Shown here piece by piece: positions 14,201-24,283 of a stretch of 64,000 nt of DNA. The translations under genes were made by a program, and so were the position numbers. The notes under the pieces were generated by a model that worked only from the letters and a program-made list of their open reading frames with translations, ran no database searches and was not told where the DNA came from. Location: NCBI GenBank assembly GCA_001643675.2, contig LSRY02000016.1, positions 1 to 64,000 on the forward strand, given 5' to 3'. How positions within the stretch are numbered: the stretch's first letter is position 1; every line of letters starts with the position of its first letter. The DNA comes from Monocercomonoides exilis PA203 (Eukaryota; Protista; Preaxostyla).

Positions 14201-15201
14201 ATCGTCTTGTTGCAGAAATGCAACGAAAACATTATCAATCAACTGTTGATAATCTGAAAGAGGGAGAAGCAGTCTTCGTCTTCGACTTCAAAGAGAAATG
14301 GAAACTCCCTATCAGAAAAAATCAACTTCAACAAGAATTCTTTAATTACCAACAAGTTTCTCAATTCACAATCATCTCTCTTCAAAAAATTAATAATCAA
14401 CAAATAAAAAGAACTTTCAACTTCTTCTCCGACTGCCTCTCAAATGATCACAGATTTGTTATTGAGTGTCTAGAATCTGTGATCAAAAGACACTTCTTCT
14501 CAGACACTCACACTTTTAAGTTCTTCTGCGATTCGGGTCCACACAACCGAAATCGCTTCCTCCTTCACTTCATTCTCTCCAAACAATCCAAACTTCTCAA
14601 AAAGAAAAACACCCAACTCAATTTCTTCGCTGAACACCATGGAAAAAATATTTGTGATAGTGAATTTGGTGCGTTAGTGAATGCAATCGACAACAATCTT
14701 TCGACTGAACACATCACCACACTTCATGACTTAATCAACTTCTTCGAAAGCAATATGAATGTTTCGACATCTGTTTCATCATCATCACAATTTAATGTTT
14801 TTGAATCATCCTCATCAAACAACTCCCCATCGTCATCATCTATCAAGGAGTGTGTGCATGAGAGGTACTTTGAAGAGTATGTACCATCTCAGCAAATTTC
14901 ATGGCCTTCACTGTCAGTCCCTCACATGAAGGACTACTTATACTTTGAGCGCAAGGGCTCATTTGTCTGCGCATCTGCTGTTGGATATCTTCCTCAACGC
15001 TCTCTGGTTGCACTCGAATCTTCAACAATGAAAGAAAAGGTTCAACGGACAAGGAAGTCATTTCACTCTGATATCACATCATCTAACTCTTCTCTTCTTT
15101 CTCAATCTTCTCAAGATCTTCTTTCAAGAAGATTTGATCTTCTTCTTGACTCTTCATCTTTAAATGAATCTCAAAATTGTATTAATGGTGTTCCTTTTTA
15201 A
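11243..15201 (+). CDS. USP (C19) deubiquitinase / Sola2-like DDD transposase fusion, ~1260 aa; exons 11243-11408, 11512-11742, 11816-15201
   Basis: GT-AG introns join the exons in frame. USP motifs: GLANLGNTCY (Cys 12841), QQNVSEAF, CVKC/CEEC, GHYIAV (His 13561), CNDD. Transposase motifs: DLCGMCE, FDFKEK (D 14284), FSD, FCDSGPHNRN (D 14530), FFAEHHGKNICDSEFG (D 14656). Confidence 0.88.
12220..12497 (+). repeat. (TCT/TCA/TCC)n tract encoding a ~90-residue poly-Ser linker
   Basis: Directly visible trinucleotide run in frame within exon 3. Confidence 0.95.
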
Positions 15202-15205
15202 GAAA

Positions 15206-15357
15206 CTAGTTGTTGTGTATGCTCAGCTGGCACTCTATCGGAAGGGTGCTGGACATGACTGTTCGTATTAGATATTGCAGCCTTCGGGCTGCTTTATCCG
15301 GACCTGGATACGACGAACAGCCTCCCAGGTGCACAACAGTTAGAATCCGATTGTTTT
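15206..15357 (+). ncRNA. Structured RNA (multi-stem, UUCG loop, possible pseudoknot) directly after the transposase stop codon
   Basis: P1 15206-15220/15329-15343; P2 15227-15236/15243-15252; P3 15259-15266/15313-15320; GCAGCC-TTCG-GGCTGC at 15277-15292; TATCCG-GACC-TGGATA at 15295-15310. Loop ATCGGA (15237-15242) is complementary to TCCGAT (15346-15351). G-U pairs indicate the + strand. Confidence 0.72.
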
Positions 15358-16191
15358 CTTGTGCTTTTTGTCCCGATAATGTCCCTATTTTCACTTTATT
15401 ATAGTCCCGAATGCAAATTATAAACCTGAATAAATAGAGATTCATTTTTTGATGGGTGTTGTGAAGAGTTTCAATGATTTTTGAATTTGATTTTAGGAAA
15501 GGAGAATAGCTGAGAGTGTGAAGTGATGTTTAATCACTGTGTCTGCCTTTTTTCTCTGTTGAATTGATCTTTTTGAGTTTGGACAAGAGAAATATCAGAA
15601 AGTGTGGAGTGAGAAAAAAACAAAAGATAAACATTCAAGTTTGTTTTTGGACTTAAAGTATTTGTAATCTTTTTTGTATGGAATTGACTATGACACCATG
15701 TATTTGTTGAAATAGTTATGCTTTTTATTGAATCTTTTATTGTTCATGCAAATTGGTATGTAATTGACAATTGGGGAATGTTTTAATGATGATGTGGTAA
15801 AAATATTTTTTTTAGAAAGTGATGCAACAAGAAAAGAAACTTATTTGTTGTTTTCTATTTTCAAGATGATTAATATAATGAAGTGTTAATGTTATTTATG
15901 TGTTATTTTGTTTTATGATTGTTATCAAATTAGCAATGTATTTATTTTTCTGTTTTTCTTATCACTGAATATTCATCAACTGTTGTTGAAACTCAACAAT
16001 GAAGATATTGATATCAAAACAGTTATAAATTGAATAGAAGAATAATAATAAGCATTTTCATTCAAAAATAAAACATTTTTTTAAGAGACAAAAATTTCTA
16101 TGATATTTTTCTGATATGAGGTGTTAATTCAATGAAATATGAAAAAATTAATTTTCACCTCATTTGAACTAACAAAATTTAATCACGATTT

Positions 16192-16580
16192 TCTGATGAC
16201 TTGAAAGCATTATTAAAGCAATAATATTCACAAATTAAATGAATAATATTCAAACAAATATCACATTCCCAAAATTAATGATCATAATAAAACCAAATTA
16301 TTTGTGCATTTTGGTCAACATTGAAAGTCACTTTTTCTGTACTTTACAAGCTGAAAATATCATTTTATGCTGTTTTAAGCAAAAAAATAAAATGACCAAA
16401 ACGCCCATGATCTTATTAATATATTTTAAAACATTCAAAATTCTTGATCATAAGTTAACCAAATTATTTGTGCGTTTTGGGCAAAAGTGGAGGAGGACTT
16501 TTCAACACCAGATAGTTGTTAAATATCATTTTATGTTGTTTCGAGCAAAAAAAATGAAATGCCCACAACGCCATGATCTT
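16192..16580 (-). repeat. Right TIR of the USP-transposase element
   Basis: Reverse complement of 10649-11037, ending CGCCATGATCTT. Confidence 0.9.
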
Positions 16581-17499
16581 TTCAATTTATAAAATATTTT
16601 TAAGTGAAATGAAGAAAGACTATCAACTTGAAGATATTGCATGCAATTGATGAATATTTGATTTGACCGTTTAAAAAATATAATGTTAGCTTGCAAAATA
16701 TATAAGAAGTGTGCTTTTTTTCGTGTGTTCACTCCAATTATTTCTTCATTTGAACAATTCATTTTCTGATTATCTCAATTTCTTATTTTATTTGTTTTTT
16801 ATGAAAACAGTTCATCATTTATCTTTTTTTTTTGAAAAAAGGTGCGCATTATTTCAATGAGTTTAATGGAACACCTTTCTGAAAAAACTGCATTTTCTTT
16901 TTGTGTTGTTTGTTGTTCAAAGGGCTTTTCACTCTCTTTGATTATCATCATCAACAACAACAACAAACCCCAAATTATCAACAAGGGAATCGCTTTGAAA
17001 ACTTCTGTAAATGCTTCTCCATCCAATCATCATTCATCAGGCTCGAAGGAGTTGGCTGATTCAAAAATTCACTGAACCGAAAACAATGCTAAGTTTCACG
17101 GTTTATGTGAAACACAAAACATCCACAAGATCATAAAGAAGTTTCTCGAGATCACATATGAAAATGAGAAGATCATACAAGCGTGATCATGCAAATTCAA
17201 GTGAAGATCGCCAGAACACCAAAATCTACTGGATCTGATAGAATTCAAAGAGCAGTGAAATAATATTGTTCTTCATCTGTTTCATTGTCTTTTTCCTCCA
17301 CCTCCTCTTATTCTTTTTCGTTATCGTTTTTGTCATCTTTGGTATTTTTCTCTTCATCAAAGTGGGATTAGATGTGAAAGCCGCCTCCACTGTTGGAAAA
17401 AGACATGTATTACAAGCACAACTCCATCGCAACTTTCTTTTTTCAATTTTTTTTTATTCCAACATTTTTTAAGGGAGCATACTCAAAAACCGCAGAGGC

Positions 17500-20400
17500 T
17501 ATAGGCATATCTGCGTACGACAGGAGGCTCAATCCAAAGAGAAAAGCGTCAAAGGAATTTTTCTGGAAGGGCAGCTGCTGGAGACTGTGTGCTTCTTGCA
17601 GAGCGAAATAAAGCGCGTTGATTTTTCTCAGTTGGTAAAGGGGAAAGCAGAATTCGAAAGACAAACTTCAAATTTTGCACTCAAATCAAGTTTGTGTTCA
17701 TACGCGATTTCTGATCGGGTCTACAATTTCTACGATCACGAAAGAGTGTTCATGAGCCCATATGACGAAATGACTGCGATACAACGTTCTGTTTCAAATG
17801 AGCCTTGCCTGACTGACATGGAACCCTCTGTCATTTCTTCAGAGCCCCAAAAAAGGATTAGAATAAGTTGTAGATTCGAAAAGAGAAGCGTTGAGACAAC
17901 TGTACGCAAGCTCATTGCAGAATCTTCCAATCTGCAAGACGTTGAGTTGACTATGCCGTTTGCATGGCATGAAAGCCCTGAGCCGCTCGATGAGTTACTC
18001 GCTCAAACATCGAAAGAGAATGCAACAGCATAAAATGCGTTGCCTTTTGCATCATTATTATCAACAGCATCTACTGTTTCCTCGGAGCCCGGTTCTGCAT
18101 CCTCCTCCTGCCTCTATTCCTCCTCACTGTAGCAGCAGCTTGTCTCCTCTCTCTGTCTTCTTTATGATGATGATCACGCTTCTCTACTACTCTTCAAAGC
18201 AACACTAGCTGGAAGCCTGGGGTGCACTCAAAAATTGTCTGCTACACGCGCTGAAAAAAAACGAGCAATGTTCGACTGCTTTTGTCTTAAGCGAATATCC
18301 TTTATCCGTTCTTTGTGAATTCGTCAAGGCTTCAAAAAAAGAAAAAGATCTGGCCGGACCTTCTGAGATATTGGTGAAACTCTGAGCACTCACAGCGATG
18401 TGTGTTTAACAGCATTGAGCACCTCCAGTTCCTTAACAAAGTTCACGAATTTGAAGGCTGGCTGGACATTGTGACCGTTCGATGAAATTCATCATCTTTC
18501 TCTTCATCTTTTTCCTGAAACACCTTGAAGAATCAACGGCGGTTGTGTGAGGATCGTACATTTCCCTTGAGAAATCTTCTGCGTTTCTTCCTCATGCTGT
18601 TCAAGTTATTCTGACTACTTCTGCTGGATCTTATTTAAATAGGCGAAATGAGAATAATTCGGTTAACGACAGCTGCTGTGGTTCTGTGCGAAACGGCAAT
18701 GTGAGAGATATCACAAACGTGTGAAATGATCTGGTCGTTGTAAGGCGATTCAGAAGGACGGAAAAGAGTGGAAGAAAACAATCTGTTAATCACAAAGGAT
18801 TCACAATTGGAGATGGAGTACGATTGTTGATGTGGGTTGGAGGTTAAGGAGAAGAATGAAATGGAAAAAGATGCGGAAAATGTGAAGAGTGAGAAAGAGA
18901 CTTTTGAAGGAGGAATGGATGAAGTCAATAGCAGAATGAATACAGAAAAAGAGGAGGCTGAAGTTAACGTTGTTGATGGATTTGATTTTGACATAGGAAT
19001 GGAGAATAACGAGATTGAGAATGAGATAGAAGGAGAGATGAATGTTGAAAGCGGAAAAGTTGAAAAGAAAGGAAAAGAAGTGAAAGAAAGATACGAAAAT
19101 TTTTTTCGTCAAAAGGATAGATGAAATGAATAAAAGAAGAAGAGAAAGAAGAAGAAGAAGAAAGCACAAACCCACTGTAATAAGCCACAAAGATCTGATG
19201 CAGATTCTCAGTGCGTTGAGTAAAAATCACCTGGATGTGACAACTCAGTCGCTGAACAATAAGAAAAAGCCATATTTTTCAGCTTTTTTGTGCAATTTCA
19301 GCAAGAATTAATAAACCAAGCACATCTCAAGTGAAAGAAGGTTGTTCTTCTGGTTTGGTGAAGCTGTTGGATGAAAATTTATCCAAAATTGTGAACGCAG
19401 TCACGGAAGAAAAAGAAGAGGAGGAAGAGGAAGTTGGAAATGGTAATAAAAATTAGATGAAAGACTTCAAAGGTGTGGAAGAGAATGGAAGTTGTCTGAT
19501 GTGCAGCGCAAGAATCGCTGGTTTCATAATTGTTTATGTTTAAGATGGGAAAGAATTTGGTTCGACCTTCTCTTTTTCTTTGCTACAATATTAGAGTTCA
19601 TCATCATCATCTTCTTCAACTTCTTCCTCTTCCTCTTTCTCTTCCTCTTCTTCTTCCTCTTCTTCTTCCTCTTCCTCTTCCTCTTCCTCTTCCTCTTCCT
19701 CTTCCTCTTCCTCTTCCTCTTCCTCTTCCTCTTCCTCTTCCTCTTCCTCTTCCTCTTCCTCTTCCTCTTCCTCTTCATCTTCATCTTCCTCTTCCTCTTC
19801 CTCTTTCTCTTCTTCTCCTTCTTTTTCCCTTCTCATCTTCATTCTTCGTCCCTCCTCTTCTTTTTCTTCTTCTCCCCCAACCCCACTGACAATACACCAT
19901 CAACTCCACCTCCCTGTGTCTGGCGCTCTTTGAACATTTCAACAGTTGCCACTTCTCCTCTGGACACGCACCATCGCACAGCGCTGGCTGAATTGTGTTA
20001 TAACTTTAGCATCTGCTGCTCTGCTCCGTAGGATGCAGACGATGCAAAGGATACGTTAAGAGTGATGAAGATCTCATCTAAACCTCTGCCACCTGAGAAG
20101 AAATTGTTAACTTCTTCTGATTCTGCGTCTTCTTTGGAATTTGCTCCAGGATTTCGACAACCCTCGGTTCCTTCTTTCTCTCATTCCTCGTCCTCTTCCC
20201 GCTTTGAAATCGTTGTTTTCTGCTTTATTGTGTTCCATTCATCATCAGCTTCTTCTCCACCATCGCCTCCTCCTTTTTCTTTATTCTTATTATCATCATC
20301 ACCACCATCAATGCATTCTGTGGCTTCGCTGAATATGGATTTGAACTGTTTTCCTCTTCCACAGAAGCGCATTCCGCTCTGTTTCAGCACTTCGTACGGC

Positions 20401-22640
20401 TTCCGCGCTCCGGCTGTGCTGAACAGGGTGAATGAGGCGAATGGGCATCGAACGAGAAATGGCGGTGGAAGAGGGAAGGAGATTCAAGGCACATTGCGTT
20501 CATCAGCTCGCTTAATGATACCGCCAAGAAGCGAAGAGAGAGAAGTTCAAGTTCAAATGGAAGAGGCAAAGAAAGCTGAATTCATTAGAAAAATGAGCGC
20601 AGAGCAGAGGAAAGGGAGACAGCAGGAAGAGCCAAAGACGAAGATGAAGACAAAAGAGAAAGAAGAGTTTCACTCGTCGCAAGTTGGCACTTTCGATACA
20701 AGACTTACACAGGCATCAACAGAAAGGAGGAGGGACATGGGAATAAAAGGAGGAGGTGATATTGAAAATGAACAGCAGCAGACATTTTACTCGTTCGACA
20801 ATACACTGTCGTCTGCTAAGTTGCACATTGAAAACATCACAGCTTCATCGACATTAGCTACTCCTTCTTTAATTGTTCCCACACACACAATTGTCAGCCA
20901 CTTCTGTTCTTGTTGGAACTCCGGCGAAGCCACAAACTCCTTCATTTTCTGCAACAGACTCTTATTAGCTCTTACTGAAGTCGCTATAAGCACAGAACAT
21001 TTCTTAAACTTCTTTTTCTCTTTTTGCTCTAATATTTACATTCTTGCGGCTTTTTTTAAGTGCTGTTCTTGGGAAGAAGATATTTTTACAATCTGAAAAT
21101 GCTTTGAAGCAAGAACATCCGGACCATAGGCGATGTATTTGAGTGACAGTGAATTGTGCTGAACAACTGTGCATATGTTACAAGCGGATTCATGAAAGCG
21201 ATGTTGAGTCCACCGGCATCGGAGCAGACGAAGTTGCTGTGGGAGAAGTGGTAATTCCAAACGGCAAGGCTGTTGTTTGTTAACTCACAGTTGTCGGCAT
21301 GCGCGCAACTGCTGATCTTGGAGAGCAAGATGTTAATGAAGAAGAAATTCATCATTCTAAGGGAGCTTAATGACAAATTTGACGTTGAATAAGAAGAATA
21401 GCGCTGTCTACTTTAATGGAGAGATCTGTTGCGAGAGATTTTCAACGGAGTTGCCAAATCCAATGTCAAGCACGTGCAAGGCTGTGAAGTGCCGAAGAAG
21501 ATATTGAAGCGAGAGAGAAAAGATTGTGCTAGGAGAAGTGGATGTGCTATTCTGAGAGAGAAAAGATACAGAAAGATGTATGGAGGAATCCGTCGAAAAT
21601 GTGAAAGACTGAAAAGTTGATTGAAGCGAAGGAGGAGTGGAAAGAGGAGTGGAATGAGATGAGGATGCAGTTGTTGTTTAATGCAATATCAGCGAGCGGG
21701 AAAATACAAAGTGAACAAAAACACGATTGTTCGAGTTAGACCAAATTCGAATATTGGATAGGCAATTTTGGAGGAAGATATGGATAAAAATTGCGGAGAA
21801 GGAGAAATAGAGGCCTAGCTGTGAGTAGCATAGCTTGGTGGAGGAGTCTGTGTCTTTGCAGAGGAATATCCTGCGGGTGCGGAAGAAAAGAAATGAAGGG
21901 CAGGATGTTAAAGTCGTGATCGTGATCGGTGTGAGAGGAATCAGAGCTTCAATTGGATGTGCTCGCAGCAAGAGAAGGTTGGGTGAACTCGATGGAAAAG
22001 AGGGACTCATCGATTTAGGCTGGGATATAGGAGCTCCGGAGAAAGAGTTCCTTTCCTCGGAAGGCGTCGCTCAGATGAAGCGGATGTTGAGAACGGAGAC
22101 AAGGATTGGAGGAGCTTTAGCGGAGACGATGCAGTCTTTAAAGAGGTCGTTTTCTTCGGTCGACATATCGCTCACATAGATGGTGAACACACACGTCTCA
22201 ACAGCACATTCCATTGCACATTCGCTCTCAGCATTTCACATAAGAGCTGGCCCCTTGCATAAGAGCGTAATGTGGCCTTGTTTGCACATTCTCGTCTTAA
22301 TACTGTTCTTGATTCTGATTCAGGTTGCCTCAAAGCAGTTGAGTCGGTCAGAGCAGACGGGAAAACTGCCATGAGTGAAGAATCAATGGACAAAGTGAAA
22401 ATGAATTGAAAGGATACAAGTACTGCAAAAGTGGATATAGAAGAGATGTGGAGAAATAGTCCAGGCAAGGAGACAGCGAAGATGGAGTTGTTTAAATGAG
22501 TATACACCCTGCTTCTTCTTCAATCATCGCAAACGAAAGGAGTGTTTGCAGAGTCTGTATGGAAAATGAACAGCCAGATAAAAGATAAACTCAGCTTTCA
22601 AGCAAGTCTATGCGTAAGATGTGGATGATGGAGAATAAAA
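17500..22640 (-). pseudogene. Degraded long host-like gene, probably minus strand and intron-containing; second copy at ~25850-30870
   Basis: Coding-like fragments (21376-21086, 20993-20787, 22507-22172) interrupted by stops and frameshifts. Boundaries approximate; no family recognised. Confidence 0.35.
19620..19805 (+). repeat. (CTCTTC)n hexanucleotide microsatellite
   Basis: Long visible run, largely absent from the second copy (~27975-28020). Confidence 0.9.
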
Positions 22641-23253
22641 GAGAATTGCTGTTAAGCAAAACATTTTTAAGTGAAAAAAACAGAAATTTTCGTATTTCTT
22701 CTCATTTTCTTAATTTTTTCTTAGTTATTTTTTTAACTTTGATCAATTTATTTAGAAAACTTCTCCAAAGAATTAATTGTTTTTTAATAATAATTCATTA
22801 TAAATTGTTGTTTATCCAATAAATGTCTTGTATAACTATCATATTTTTCTATGTGAAATTTTGAAAATTGTTCAGTTTTCAACAAAAGTTTTATGATCTT
22901 CAGAATTAATTTTAAAATTTCTTTGTAATAACTCATAAAACTAATTTTCATATTAAAAAATTATTGACTTCATATAGTTATCATTGTTATCATGTTGTAT
23001 TAACGATTAAGCAAGCATCTTGTTCTTTTTATTGAATTCTTTATATTTTTGATTAATATTTTATAATTTTTATAAAATATGAAATAAAAACAATTGGAAA
23101 CAAATTGAAATCAACAAATAAATAAAAACAATAATAATTTGAGCAAAATATTTGTGAGATCATCACTTTCTTTTTTCTTATCAACACCACCCTTAATGAA
23201 AAAATTTTTTGATCAAACGTCGGAATTTTTTATGATATCAAAAAAAATCACCC

Positions 23254-23594
23254 ATTTTGTTAATTCAGGGTTAGGGCCTGAGGATTTAAGAATATTTGAT
23301 CCAACGGTTTCCTCTGAAGATTCATTCTTATCTTCTAGTTCTGTTGATGATGTTGTTGTTTATGAATTAGTTGGATGTGTTATTCATTCAAGTGTTCTTT
23401 ATAAGCAAGGGCATTTTTTGGCCATTGTGAAAGAAGATGTTTCTAAACCTAGTTCCATTTCAAAGTCTATTGAGTGTAATGATCATGTTGTTTCAGAAAT
23501 TATTCCTGAAAAATGGAATGATTATTGGAATCATCTCGCTTCAGAAAATTTTCATCCTTCTATTTATTTTTTCAAAAAAGTTGAAAAATCATAA
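23254..23594 (+). pseudogene. C-terminal (His-box) fragment of a third transposon-type USP gene
   Basis: YELVGCVIHSSVLYKQGHFLAIVKED..IECNDHVVSEIIPEKWNDYW closely matches the C-terminus of the USP at ~780-1000 (ECNDNSVSEIIPDKWEEYW). The 5' part is truncated at the CACCC junction. Confidence 0.8.
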
Positions 23595-24283
23595 TTCTTT
23601 TCATTTTTTTTTTTTTTTGATTTTAATTTTTGAGTATTTTCTCAATTAAAAAAAATTCTGTCTTTTCGATTTATTATTTTTCTTTTTTGTTTTTTTTTTT
23701 CATATCATAATAATAAATCATTGTTTGAATATTTATTCAATGACTCTTGTTTTGAAAAAATGATAATTCACAATCGAAAATTAATTCAACTCTGTGAATA
23801 ATTGTTCATTATTTATTTTTTACTTTATTATCAACAATATAAGGTCATTTGTTGTTTTCAAAAAAATATTTCATTCATCGAGAACTAATATGAAAGAAAA
23901 ATAGATTATTAATGAATAAACTTTTTTAACAAAAAATATATATATCCCTGAAAGAAGAAAGAATAAATAAATAATGTCATGTTTTTTCATTAATAAACAT
24001 AGTTCAAAAAACATTTAGTGATGAAAGAATTTGAAGACAAATTTTTTTGGAAAATACAATATTTTTTTGTAATATTTATGTTGGGTGGAAATGAATTTTT
24101 CATAAATGTTCAGGAAAATATATTTAACTTAAAAATAATGCAAAAAGGATATTTTGTTGATATTTTTGTATATTTTCGAAAAATAATTAATCCTTTCCAA
24201 AAAAATTGATTGATCACAACTGCCCATAATTATATTTTTTTTCGATTTTTGATCTTTTTTTATGATATCAAAAAAAAACACCC

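Larger units (their letters stand above)
10649..16580 (+). mobile_element. Autonomous-type TIR DNA transposon (Sola2-like) encoding a USP-transposase fusion
   Basis: ~390-bp near-identical TIRs (10649-11037 and 16192-16580) starting AAGATCATGGCGTTGTGGGCAT enclose one 3-exon gene. Flanks are TCGA and TTCA, so the TSD does not match. Confidence 0.9.
15940..23253. repeat. Copy 1 of a ~7.3-kb direct duplication (right TIR, degraded host-like gene and CACCC terminus)
   Basis: Offset 8344 to copy 2 at the start. Identical ORF pairs, e.g. 17587-18033 and 25931-26377. Confidence 0.95.

Noticed and set aside
15206-16190. Fanzor/TnpB nuclease associated with the structured RNA
   Set aside because: No RuvC or Zn-finger ORF is visible in the element, and the RNA is ~1.2 kb from the terminus rather than overlapping it.
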